NCBI GenBank assembly: GCA_013265495.1
Contig: MU058244.1
Span: 312,001 to 345,131, forward strand
Direction: 5' to 3'
Origin: Vicugna vicugna
Taxonomy: Eukaryota
DNA: 33,131 bases
Shown: one piece after another, positions 10,993 to 20,812 of the stretch
Layout of the letters: each line of letters starts with the position of its first letter
How positions within the stretch are numbered: the stretch's first letter is position 1
The notes under the pieces: model-generated
Told to the model about the DNA's origin: nothing
The model's input: only the letters and a program-made list of their open reading frames with translations
The model's database searches: none
Program-made: the position numbers and the translations under genes

Positions 10993-11143
10993 TGGGGTGG
11001 GGATAGCTCAGTGGCAGAGTGCATGCCTAGCAGGCACAAGGCCCTGGGTTCAAACACCAGTGCCTCCGTTTAAAAATACATACATAAATAAAAAACCTAA
11101 CCCCCTCACCCAAAATTTAAAAATAAATAAAATTAGAAAAAAA
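10993..11143 (+). mobile_element. tRNA-derived SINE (camelid Vic-1-like), full length
   Basis: GGGGATAGCTCAGTGGCAGAGTGCATGCCTAGCAGGCACAAGGCCCTGGGTTCAAACACCAG..AAATAAAAAACCTAACCCCC followed by an A tail. The 13-bp TSD is AGAAG(C/T)TAAATGG at 10980-10992 and 11144-11156. Confidence 0.92.
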
Positions 11144-11610
11144 AGAAGTTAAATGGCTTCATACATATTAATATAACACCTCTGATAGAGTAAACCCTGA
11201 GGAAACGAACAAGAACAAAAAGAAAACTCCTGCCTTCAAGGAATGCATGCACTGAAAGGCACATTAACCATGAAATGAAAAATTAAACACTAGATTAGAG
11301 GTATGTCCTGGTATACTGACGGCACACACACACACACATGCACACAAAACAAAAACAGATGCTCCACTTTGTATTGGTCAGGAAAGGAAGATTCATTGAC
11401 AAAATGAGGTCTGGAAAATCACCAGGTACAAAGGCACAAAAACATTAAACAACAGTAAACATTTACTAAACACTAACTTTGTGTCCTGAACATCTAGAGT
11501 TGCTAAAGTTGTCTATCCTTCAAAATATAAAATTAAACATAAACCATTCAGAATAACGTTAAGAACCCACACTGATTTAAAGAGCTAATAAAACTAAGGT
11601 GTGTACTTAC

Positions 11611-11650
11611 TTGCCAAAACCGTTTCCGACCTTCTCGCATTATCGTGCAC
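11611..11650 (-). other. Candidate 40-nt internal exon of an unidentified gene
   Basis: Acceptor CTTCTTTCATCCTGATTTACCTTTCCAG and consensus donor CAA|GTAAGTA. It has 4 CpGs in 40 nt against a CpG-poor AT-rich background. Two frames are open (CTIMREGRKRFWQ and VHDNARRSETVLA). Confidence 0.55.
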
Positions 11651-11683
11651 CTGGAAAGGTAAATCAGGATGAAAGAAGTGGAG

Positions 11684-12008
11684 TGCTACAGACCAAATAC
11701 CTGTGTCCCCTGAAACTCACACACTGAAGCCTAATCCCCGATGTGACGGTGCTAAGAGGTGATTAGGCTGCAAGGGTGGAGCTCTCATGAACGGGACCAG
11801 TGTCCTGTAAAAGATGCCCTAGAGAGACCCCTGGCCCTTCCACATGGGAGGACGCAGCAGGAAGGTTCTACGAACCAGAGGTCCTCACCAGACACCAAGT
11901 AAATGTACGGACCTCCAACCTCCAGAACTGTGAGAAATAAATTCCTTCTGTTTACAAGCCACCCGGTCTGTGGTATTTTTGTTACAGCACCCTGAGCAGA
12001 CTAGGACA
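11684..12008 (+). mobile_element. MaLR solo LTR, MLT1A-like
   Basis: TGCTACAGAC..TGTGTCCCC..CCTAATCCCC.ATGTGA..GGGTGGAGCTCTCATGAA..CCTCCAGAACTGTGAGAAATAAATTCC..TTTACAAGCCACCCGGTCTGTGGTATTTTTGTTACAGC..GACTAGGACA, with TG..CA ends. Confidence 0.88.
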
Positions 12009-12224
12009 GGAAATATAATTATCACTATTCTCAGGTTGTATAATGGATTCATAAACCCTTAAATTACAGGCACTTAACTATATAATTTATATAGATAAAA
12101 TCTCTACCAGGAATTTATCACTCAGTATCCCATTTTATTTGCTGAAAAGGAGTACCCTTGAAATCAAGGCCCATTCCAGTGAAATTCCAGGAAGGACACC
12201 AGCCAGACTATGAGAACAGTTTAC

Positions 12225-12765
12225 ATTTACAAACATTTCTGGGTGCCCAATGTTTGGCAGGCGTTGTGCTGGCATCTGCTAGTACAGGTTGAATTGTGAC
12301 CCCCTCCCCCAAAATTCATTCATATTTTAAGTTCTAACCACCAGTATCTCAGAATGTAACCTTCTTTGGAGCTAGGGATTTTACAGAAGTAACTGAATTA
12401 AACTGAGATAATTAGGGTGGGCCCTAATCCAACATGATAGATACTCTTATAAAAGAAGAAATCTGGACGCAGAACCAGACATGCAGAGAAGACAGCCACC
12501 TGCAAGTCAAGCAAAGAAGCCTGGAGCACATCCTAGCAGGAGCCGACTCTGCCAGTACCTTCACTTTGGACTTCCAGCGTCCAGACCTGCGAGGTAATAA
12601 GTTTCTGTTGGTCAAACCATCCAGTCTGTAGCACGGCATCATGGCAGCCCTAGCCCAGCCTAGCCTTAGCCACCTAGGATACAAAGAAGAGCAACAGAGG
12701 AGAGTCTGCCCTGAAGAAGCCTATGATTGAATGGGGAGAAAAACACGTCAACAAATAATAATTTA
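12225..12765 (-). mobile_element. L2 LINE 3' fragment, split by an MLT1 LTR
   Basis: ACAAACATTTCTGGGTGCCCAATGT..CAGGCGTTGTGCTGG lies left of the LTR and GATACAAAGA..TCTGCCCTGAAGAAGCCTA..TGGGGAGA..CAACAAATAAT lies right of it. Confidence 0.55.
12280..12656 (+). mobile_element. MaLR solo LTR, MLT1B/C-like
   Basis: GGTTGAATTGTG.CCCC..AGTATCTCAGAATGTAACCTT.TTTGGA..TTAGGGTGGGCCCTAATCCAA..TTGGACTTCCAGC.TCCAGA.CTG.GAG..ATGGCAGCCCTAGC. Confidence 0.88.
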
Positions 12766-13502
12766 GAAATTTACTAATGCCTCTCAAGGAGATTTCTGAA
12801 CTCAATAACAAAGATTTTGAGAATATAATTTGCAGGACATTTTAAGAAAAATATTAAACATTATTTCCTTCTCATTACATAGTTCCATTTTGATACATTT
12901 TTTTTTAAAGTTCTGCCTATTAAAGAAAATCTACAAAGGTTCCAGCCTCTTTTCAGGTTTTTACCTTCTTCCTTGTCCCTCGCACCTTCTGAGGAACGTG
13001 CATTTGCTCACTTCTCTCACCCCTTCCCACCTCCTCCATTTCCTCCCCCTTTCTCCTCTGGTCTTCAGTGCCTTACAGGTAAGGAAACAGAGACATAGAG
13101 ACAAGGAAACGGGGTCTCCCCCTTTTTCACACACTCTGCTAAAGTATGTTTCCTTACTTCTGATTCCCAGCTGTCAAAAAATATTACTTCCAAGTCCTAA
13201 AAATTTCATAGCCTGTCCTAAACTAAAACTTAAGAAGTTACGATTTTAAAAAGGAGCCAGTTACAGGACCTGCCTTGGGGCCCCTTTTCTATCAATGCCT
13301 ATCTGTAAGCCTTTGTTAAAGTAGAAACAATTCTTTCTTGCCTTAACAAGCTGCTTATGATACATGGACATAAGCTCTTGCAGCCTATCAGCATATATTG
13401 ATCATTCTACAGGGCAGAAAGTTCAGAAGAATGGGTTGAGTATATATTGGGATGGGGAAATGATCCCAAAAAATCCTTTTGAAATTAAATACAAGGTAGC
13501 AG

Positions 13503-13572
13503 GGGATGGCTTGCCATCCACAAGTTCCTGGATTCAATCCCCAGGACAATCAATCAATCAATCAAATAAATG
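13503..13572 (+). mobile_element. Short, internally deleted or 5'-truncated tRNA-derived SINE
   Basis: B-box-like CCTGGATTCAATCCCCAG and a (CAAT)n/AAAT tail. Perfect 15-bp TSD AATACAAGGTAGCAG at 13488-13502 and 13573-13587. Confidence 0.8.
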
Positions 13573-13678
13573 AATACAAGGTAGCAGCGTATTTTTCTTT
13601 CTCTCTCCAAGCTGAACTTGACCGTGCCAATTTTAAATCTCCAGGAAGAATCACAAGCTATGTCTGTATACGAAAACA

Positions 13679-13752
13679 CAGTTAGCTGACCCTCAAACAA
13701 CACAAGTCTGAGCCGCGTGGGTTCACCTACATATGGATTTTTTCCAAAAATA
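13679..13752 (+). mobile_element. Tigger2/MER28-like terminal fragment
   Basis: CAGTT..CTGACCCTCAAACAACACAAGTCTGAGCCGCGTGGGTTCACCTACATATGGATTTTTTCCAA matches the recalled end CAGTTGACCCTTGAACAACACGGGTTTGAACTGCGCGGGTCCACTTATACGCGGATTTTTTTCAA, then stops abruptly. Confidence 0.7.
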
Positions 13753-13754
13753 GG

Positions 13755-15898
13755 TCCTAGGAGTGAGGTTGTTGAACCATAAGGTAACTGTATTTTAATC
13801 TTTTTGAGGAAATGACAAACTGTTGTCTACATAGTCTGTGCCATTTTCCAATTCCACAAGTAATGTTTAAGGGTTTCAGTTTCTCTAAGTTTTGCCAGTA
13901 CTTGTTATTTTTATTCAGTTTTTTGATTGTAAGCATTCTAAGTGTGTTTGAAGGGGTGTGGCATTGTACTAATTGGCATTTCCATCATGACTAATGATAT
14001 TGTCATGTGCTTGTTGACTTTGTATGTCTTGTCTGGGGAAGGGACTATTCAAGTTCTTTTACTGTTTTAAAAATTGGCTTGTTTGTCTTTTTGTTTATGA
14101 GTTGTAAAAGTTCTTGGTATATTCTTGATAAAGATCCTTTTCAGGTATATAATCCTTTTCAGGTATATAATGTGCAGATATTTTCTTTGATTTCGTGGGC
14201 TGTCTTTTCACTTTCTGGATAGCATCTTTGATGCACGCAAATTTTAATTTTGAGGAAATGCAATTTATCTTTTTCATTGCTTGTGTTTTGGTGTCAGGTC
14301 TAAGAAAATTGCTAAATCCAAGGTAACATGATTTATCCCCATTTTTTTTTGACAGTTTATACAGCCGTCCTTCCCTATCTGTGAAGTATTGGTTCCAGTG
14401 CTCAAGTCCTTTATATAAAATGGTGTAGTAGTTGCAAATAATCTAAGCACAAATTCCTCTTTACTTTAAAACATTTCTAGATCAGTTATAACACCTAATA
14501 CAATGTAAATGATATGTAAGTAGTTCTGAAAAATAGTAATGTGAAATAGTTGCTGGCATGCAGCAAATTCAAGTTTTTCTGTGTGGAACTTTCTCGAAAT
14601 ACGTTTTTTTCCCTATCTGAAGTCGGTTGATTCTGTGGATGTGGAACTTGCAGGTAAGGAGGGTTGACTGTAATTTTTTTTTTTTTTTTAAATTTAAGCT
14701 TTTTAATGTATCTTGAGTTAGTTTTGTGTGTGGTGTGAAGTAAGGACCCAATTTATTCCTCTACACTTGGGTACCCAATTGCCCAGCGCACCATTTGTTG
14801 AAAACAGTATTTTTTCCCAGTTTAATATTGCCCACAGTTGTCAAAAATCAGGTGATCCTAGACAGATGGGTTTATTTCTGGGCTCACCATCCAGTTCCAC
14901 AGATCTGTAAGTATATATTTGTGCCAGTATCACATTGTTTTATTTCCTGTTGCTTTGTGCTAAGATTTGAAATTGGAAAATGTGAGCCTCCAACTTTGAT
15001 TTTCTTTTTCAAGATTGTTTTGGCACTTTGGAGTCCCTTGTGATTCCATATGTAAGGTAGGATAGGCTTGTGTACTTCTTCCCTTAGGCCTTGGGACTTC
15101 TCACAGGAATCACATTGAATCTGTCGGTTGCATCATGTACTGTAGACATCTCTGCCATCTTAACAAGATTAAGTGCTTCCACCACCATGGGATGTTTGCA
15201 TATTTACTCAGCATTTCTTTCACCAGTGCTTTATGATTTTTAGTGTACCAGTCTTGCATCCTTATTAAACTTGCTCCAAAGTATTGCATTAATGTTGAGA
15301 TTACTTAAAAGGGAATTGTTTTCTTAAAATCTTTTACAGATTATTCATTGCTAGTGTCTACAAATAAAGTTAATTTTTTTTGATTGATGTTTTGTTCTAC
15401 ACTTTTGCTGAATTAGTTTGTTAGGTCAAATAATTTTTAGTTGATTCTTTAGGAGGTTCTATATATACGATGAGGTGAACTGTGTCTTTGAATAGAAATA
15501 GTTTTACTTTTTCCTTTCACACGTTGTTGCATTTTCCTTCTTTCCTCATTGCTCAGTGCAGAGATTCCAGTGCAATACTGAGTAACAGTGGGGAAAGCCA
15601 GCATCATGGCCTTATTCTTGATTTCAGGAGTAAACCTTTTAGTTCTTCAGCATTGAGCATTAGGTTTGCTATGGGTTTTGCATAATGCATTTCATCATGT
15701 TGAACAAATTTCCTTTTACTTTCTTGAGTGTTTATGAATATAAAACAGCACTGGATTTTGTGTAAAGTTTTTTTTCTGTATCAATTGACATAACCATATG
15801 TTTTTATGTCACATAGTGACTGTGGTATATTACATTGCTTGGTTTTAATATGTTGAAAAACCTGGGTTTCTGGTGTAGAGACGCTTGTAGTGCACGGT
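13755..15898 (-). mobile_element. Old L1 (L1M/L1MB-like) ORF2 3' region, antisense, interrupted by MER2
   Basis: T-rich antisense L1 motifs throughout. ORF remnants include KLKFACIKDAIQKVKRQPT (L1 ORF2 KIKNFC..KDTIKKVKRQPT) and GPYFTPHTK. Confidence 0.9.
14362..14670. mobile_element. MER2-like non-autonomous Tigger element
   Basis: TA flanks both ends. Imperfect TIRs CAGCCGTCCTTCCCTATCTG / CAGGTAAGGAGGGTTGACTG. Internal GCTCAAGTCC.TTATATAAAATGGTGTAGTA.TTGCA.ATAA. Confidence 0.85.
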
Positions 15899-15917
15899 CC
15901 TTTTTTTTTTTTAAACC

Positions 15918-16171
15918 TGTTACGGTTAAGGGGTATGGGTTACATTTAGGGCTAGGTAAGGTATGGGTATGAGTCAGGGCTAGGCTAAGGCTAGTGTGTA
16001 GTCCTGGGTCAGGGCCAGTGTCGGCATTTGTAGGGGTTGTAGAGTCAGGGTTGGTGGGTCAGGATGAGGGTAAGGGTCAGTGTTTTGAGTTTATGGGTCA
16101 GGGCCAAGGGTCTAGGGGCCTGGGGTTAGGATGTAGGGTTATAGGTTAGGTGATTTGGATATAGGTGAGGG
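15918..16171 (+). repeat. Second, more degenerate interstitial telomere-like array (TTAGGG/TCAGGG/TATGGG variants)
   Basis: G-rich hexamer-periodic tract: TTAAGG, TATGGG, TTAGGG, CTAGG, multiple TCAGGG, GGTTAGG, TAGGGTT. Same strand polarity as the array at 7.5-8.1 kb. Confidence 0.78.
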
Positions 16172-16469
16172 ACAAAAGATCCAGCCAGTTCCAGGAGGGG
16201 CCCATCAGCATGCACAAAGGGAGCACCTGGGGGCTGGCAGATCCCTCCACCCAGTCCTGTGTACATCCACACTTGTCTACTGAATGTTCTGGGTTCTCAT
16301 GTCAGTGATGGTCACCTGGCGCCAGAGGCATCTGTGTCTCAACGGCAGGTTTCTGCCCAACCCAAACTTTGAACCTCTGTGATTCCCTGCCAGCCCCAGG
16401 GCTTAAGACCTCTTCCACTGGGTGGGAAGGCCTTTCCCGCCTGGCACCCTCTTGTTTCTCCCTCCCATT

Positions 16470-17110
16470 TGTTACAGAATTGGTTAACTGGACACATGCC
16501 TGGGTCCTAGTCGGGGCCAGGACCTGCCTCAGCCAGGGAGGTTCTTTCTCTGATCAGGTTCATGCAGCCAATAATGAGACAGGTGCTGAGACAGGAGCAA
16601 CACAAGCTTTACTCAGTGGCCAGAGACTGGCAAAGTGGTAATGCAGCTCGCAGATCAGCTTCTCAACCCAATTCGGTTGGAGACACCAAATATGTAAGAG
16701 GGTCGAAGTGAAGGGGCACAGTTGAGGGTCAGGTCAGGGTTGGGTGGGTGGAGATTGGAAAGAGCGGGAGGAGTATCCATGACTAAACAGGGATGTGGTT
16801 AGAGACACTGATGCAACTCCTTTTCAGTCCTTGTGTGGGAGTTTTGGGTTGTTGTCATGGCAATTGTCAACTGTCCTGGTGCTGGTGGGTGTGTCAATTA
16901 GCATGCTGTTATATTACAGTGAGCATGTAATAAGGCTCAAGGTCACCTGGAAGTCAAATCTTCTGCAGTCTTGGGCCTAGTTGGTTGTAATAAGTTTTTG
17001 TGTTTTTCTCAATGCAGCTTCCTCCTGAAGCTTAGATCAGAGTAATTGGGTTCCATTCAAGGGAGGGGCAGGAGTATAAACGTGGGGCAACTGAGTCTGA
17101 TATTTTAACA
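16470..17110 (-). mobile_element. ERV1 solo LTR, MER41-related
   Basis: TG..CA termini (TGTTACAG..TTTTAACA). The core GTCATGGC..CTGGTGGGTGTGTC..TTAGCATGCT..GGCTCAAGGTC is the reverse complement of the core of the LTR at 22838-23459. No clean TSD. Confidence 0.7.
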
Positions 17111-17239
17111 TTTTGATGTACCTTGTGCCTTTTATGTTGTATGAAAAATTCTGAAGTCGTATAGCTGTGAAAAAAATCAGAATTGCATGTGTTTTTAAAA
17201 TTAAGTTGACGGTCTACAGTCTTTACAAATATTCACTAG

Positions 17240-19227
17240 CTACTTAGAACTCCTTATCTGAAAGGAGCTTTTTGTCTGACTGTTTTGTAAGGCACCATTG
17301 AGGCACCACTTTGATATGTATGCTGTCTTAACAAAGGACTTTCCACTCATACGTTTTCCTGACCATGCCCTGCATTTTATCTTTGTTTAGAGTTCTTTTT
17401 TCAGGGGGAGGTAATAAAGGTTATTTGGGGAGATACTGTTAAACAAAATTAAAGTTGTATTCATTAGCAACATAACTCAACGTCCTTGACTTGGTATGAG
17501 AGTAACACATGTTCTTGCTTTCCTGTGTTCTGTTAAGTCACCACAAGCTAAATAGCTTTATGAAACTGATACGCTGAAATTCAGCTTTACTGTTATGCTC
17601 TGATGCCAAACCAAGCTGTTCATAAGTTTCTTCGATCTCTGAGTCCATCTCATCATCAGTATCATCCAAGTGTGGATCACCAGCCTCTGAAAAATCTGTT
17701 CCATTTTCTTCATCTGGAAAAAATTCATCCCTTTCAAGTAGTTGTCAATAATTCTCTTGATAATCTGGATGAACTGCAGGGAAAGGAAAGCCACCAGATG
17801 CGCAGAAAATCGCTTCACTCATACCATAGTCTCACTTTCAGGTGCCGCTTCTCTGTTGAGGTTGCATGGGCTCCACCCCAGTTACCTGACCAACATTCTG
17901 CAAGTTTCTGGAGCATCTGATTTACATCTCTGTGGCTATTTGCATCTAGGATGACATTTTCAATTCTCCAAATAATTTCTTGCATACCAGTCTTTCCTGT
18001 TTCCTTCCAGCATCTTTCAAACTGACCCTGTCAACTTCAGTGACAGTACTGCACAAGTTAAGTTGTCTGGAGGGTTAGAAAAAAGGGCATCCAGTATCTC
18101 CTGAAGAAGACCTGCTCTCATGACCTGGTCTTTTTTTTCCCTTGATCTCCAGATTAAGATAAAATTCTTCCAGGAAGAGTACAAATGCATGGAATTGTTT
18201 TCAAGTCACTTCATTCTTTTTGCAGCTTGTTCCTTAACTTCATACTAATTCTGATGTCTTTAAAGTAGCAATTGGTGGAAAATGCCTCTCTCTGGAATTT
18301 GCCAATTGCTAGCTCCCATGTAAGAGAATTTGAGATAGACATGGCCTGTTGATACATAACTTCCCCATGTTCTTGCAAAACATCATCTATTGTAACACAG
18401 CCATTCACTGTCTCTGCAAACCGTTCAGTTTCACTTTCCAAACCTATGAAATGGTTTGTAAGATGATTCAGAAAGTCCTGAACATATTCATATAGAGTGG
18501 GACAATCCTCACAACCATCCGAGTAGGACTCTGTATAATTAGAGGAACAAATCAGAGGGTAAAATTTGGGCTGTTCATAGACAGCCTTGATGTGAATAAG
18601 GAGCAACAACAACCCAGGGCTTAGCCAGTGCTGACCCCGAGTTCTGCAATGGGGTGTCAACCTGTCAACTCGTCTTATTCCCAGGAGGTCTCCATTACAG
18701 AGTGGTTCTTGGAGAGAAGTGCCTATAGTCTGTTTCTAAGTTTTAGCATGTTATGTTATCTGGAGAGACAGGGAATTCCCCAAACCATCACGTCCTGGCC
18801 CTTTTCTGTTTAATAGTCCTTCTTTTAGCTATAACTATCCTTTTGGCTGTTTAGTTTAAGCAGCAAGGAAGAAGCAGCTAGGAGACACTCAGTACTTTCT
18901 GGAAATCTTAGCTAGTTCACCCCATGCTTGGGCTCATTTTGCACTTTCCACAGTACTGTAGGAACAGTGCTACTGAAATTTCTGACACTGCATAACAAAA
19001 GATCCTCTTTCCTCTAGTTTGTAGTCAGATTTTTTGATACTATCCTTTAAGTCCTCAACAACAACCTCTTCAAAATATGGACTTCTATTAATAGTATGTT
19101 CACACCAAGTCAAGCTTTCACTAGCACTTCTGAAATCCTTTTCACTTTCTCCCACTGCCTGATATCAAAGCCACTCCCACATTTTCAGTTTTTATTATAA
19201 CAACCCACTGCTATAGGTACGAAAATT
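17240..19227 (-). mobile_element. MLT1 (MaLR) internal sequence, interrupted by the PAIP1 retrocopy
   Basis: MLT1-int motifs occur on both sides of the retrocopy: GAGCTTTTTGTCTGACTG..GTCTTAACAAAGG on the left, and TTTTAGCAT..ATCTGGA..CCAAACCATCA.GTCCTGG..AAGCAGCAAG..CAAAGCCACTCCCACATTTTCAG..GGTAC on the right, abutting the LTR. Confidence 0.65.
17396..18670 (-). pseudogene. PAIP1: Processed, 5'-truncated, heavily disabled pseudogene of poly(A)-binding protein-interacting protein 1
   Basis: Minus-strand frames give QNSGSALAKPWVVVAP, (PAM2 remnant)..FYP..SSNYTESYSDGCEDCPTLYEYVQDFLNHLT..ETERFAETVNGCVTIDDVLQE..YQQAMSI, FHAFVLFLEEFYLNLEIKG, QEILDALFSNP.DNLTCAV..LKLTGSV, MQEIIWRIENVILDANSHRDVNQML, and AGDPHLDDTDDEMDSEIEETYEQ. 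The stop is at ~17587-17589, followed by a 3' UTR and an A-rich end at ~17396. No introns; many frameshifts. Confidence 0.95.
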
Positions 19228-20111
19228 TGTATGAATTATGTAATGTTGCTTAACAAGTTACCATGCAGCTTATCAACTTAGCAAACATTTATGTTGTTCC
19301 ACAGTTTCTGTGGGTTCATTAACCCCTCAGGAGGGGGTTAGCTGGGTGGTTCTGACTCACGACCCCTCATGAGGTTGCAGCCAGGTCATCATCATTATCA
19401 TCTGGTGCTGGAGGATCTGCCTCTAAGGTGAGTGCTACTCCTTTGCCTGGTACATTATTGCTGGTGAAGGGCAGTTCCTCCTGGTTCCCTGCATGTGTTT
19501 GCTTGAACGTGCTCACAGTGTGTGGCTCCAGGCATCCCCCAGAGTCTGTGAACTGAGAGAGACGTCAAGGAGGAATATCCTGTGCCTTAGACCTGTTCTC
19601 CAAAGTTCCAAACATCACATGCTTTAAAAGTTTTATTTTATTTATAGTTTTTAATGCCCCTTCTGTGGTATGGTTCCTGTACAGTAAACAACACATATTT
19701 CAAATGTACAATCTGATGAATTTTGATAGATGTATACACCCATGAAACCACCACCACGATCAAGATAGCTAACATTTCCATCACTCCCCAAGAAGTGCAA
19801 ATTTTGAACTCCCAATTTATCCCTTCCCACCCCGCTTACCCCCGGTAACCATAAGTTTGTTCTCTATGTCTGTGAGCCTGTTTCTGTTTTGTCGTTAAGT
19901 TCATTTGTGTCCTTTTTGTTTATTTTTTTTAAGATTCCACGAATAAACGATATCATGTAGCATTTTTCTTTCTATTTCTGGCTATGTCATGTGATTTTTT
20001 GTTTGTTAAATGCAAAACTCTAAATTCAGCCCACACTCAAGGGTAGAGGAATTAGGCTCTCCCTCTTGAAGAAATGATCAAGGAACTTGTGGGCCTATTT
20101 CAACCATCACA
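19228..20111 (-). mobile_element. MLT1F-like MaLR LTR attached to MLT1-int, interrupted by L1 3' fragments
   Basis: CACAGTTTCTGTGGGT..TTAGCTGGGTGGTTCTGACTCA..CTCATGAGGTTGCAG..GCTGGAGGATCTGCCTCTAAG, then after the L1 insertion CAGCCCACACTCAAGGG.AGAGGAATTAGGCTC.CCCTCTTGAAG..ACCATCACA. Confidence 0.8.
19640..19985 (-). mobile_element. L1 3' UTR fragments (L1MB-like plus artiodactyl-type L1 tail)
   Basis: TGTACAATCTGATGAATTTTGA..ACCACCACGATCAAGATAG..AACATTTCCATCAC, and GGTAACCATAAGTTTGTTCTCTATGTCTGTGAG..AAGTTCATTTGTGTC..AGATTCCAC. Confidence 0.8.
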
Positions 20112-20429
20112 GCAGGACCATTTTATATCTCTTCCCTCAAGGATCACAGTCCTTTCTACCTGATGTGCAGTTTCTGAAAACATTTGCTTCATATGTTTGG
20201 TCATCTTTCTAGTTGCTTATGGTAATGGGGTAGTCTCGTGCTGGTTATATCAGAGATCTCAGTGCACTGATTTGGACCTTACATGCAGATTTTCTTCTCT
20301 CTGGGTTTAATTTCCTCACCTTTAAAGTGGAAATTTTTGACTTAAAAGAAGAGACAGCAGCAGAAAGATCTCACTTTGCTCTCTGCTTCCATTCCCAAAG
20401 CATTCACTTGTTTCCTTAGTTACCTTTGA

Positions 20430-20812
20430 GTCACCTTAGATTTGGGAAGACAATGTTAAGTAGCAACAATAGTGTACTTTATCATATAAACTATCTGCCC
20501 CTTTATTGTACAAATTATCTAACATTTGGCTCTGGCTGCCTATTGCCCAACACAGGCCCAGGCATTACAGGGACCAATAAAAGTGTGAACGACTCCGGGG
20601 CATTTGTTCAGCGGGGACTTGGTCTCTCTCCTGAGTGTAGAAGACACTCTGATGTGGTAATTGATAGCTGTAGTCATTCCTCAGAAGTTTCTGCTTTTAT
20701 TCAGACAAGGGGAGCTCCAAGAAAAGCTTTTTCCTGCATCTATTAAATCTCAGGTGTCTTCAGCTGGAAGTGTCTTTATACCAACTGTGGGGTTCTGCCT
20801 GGCTTCCCATAC
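20430..20812 (-). mobile_element. Diverged ERV1 LTR fragment (MER34-like)
   Basis: Terminal motif TTCCTGCATCT.TT..TCTCAGGTGTCTTCAGCT..TTTATACCAA..TGGGGT. Boundaries approximate. Confidence 0.45.

Noticed and set aside
8298..11070. tRNA-like sequences at ~8300-8378 and ~10993-11070 as tRNA genes
   Set aside because: They have A-rich tails, a TSD or insertion into Tigger1, and degraded stems, so they are SINEs.
17558..18660. ORFs 17558-17818, 17603-17920 and 18211-18660 as novel genes
   Set aside because: They are in-frame, out-of-frame or antisense fragments of the PAIP1 pseudogene.
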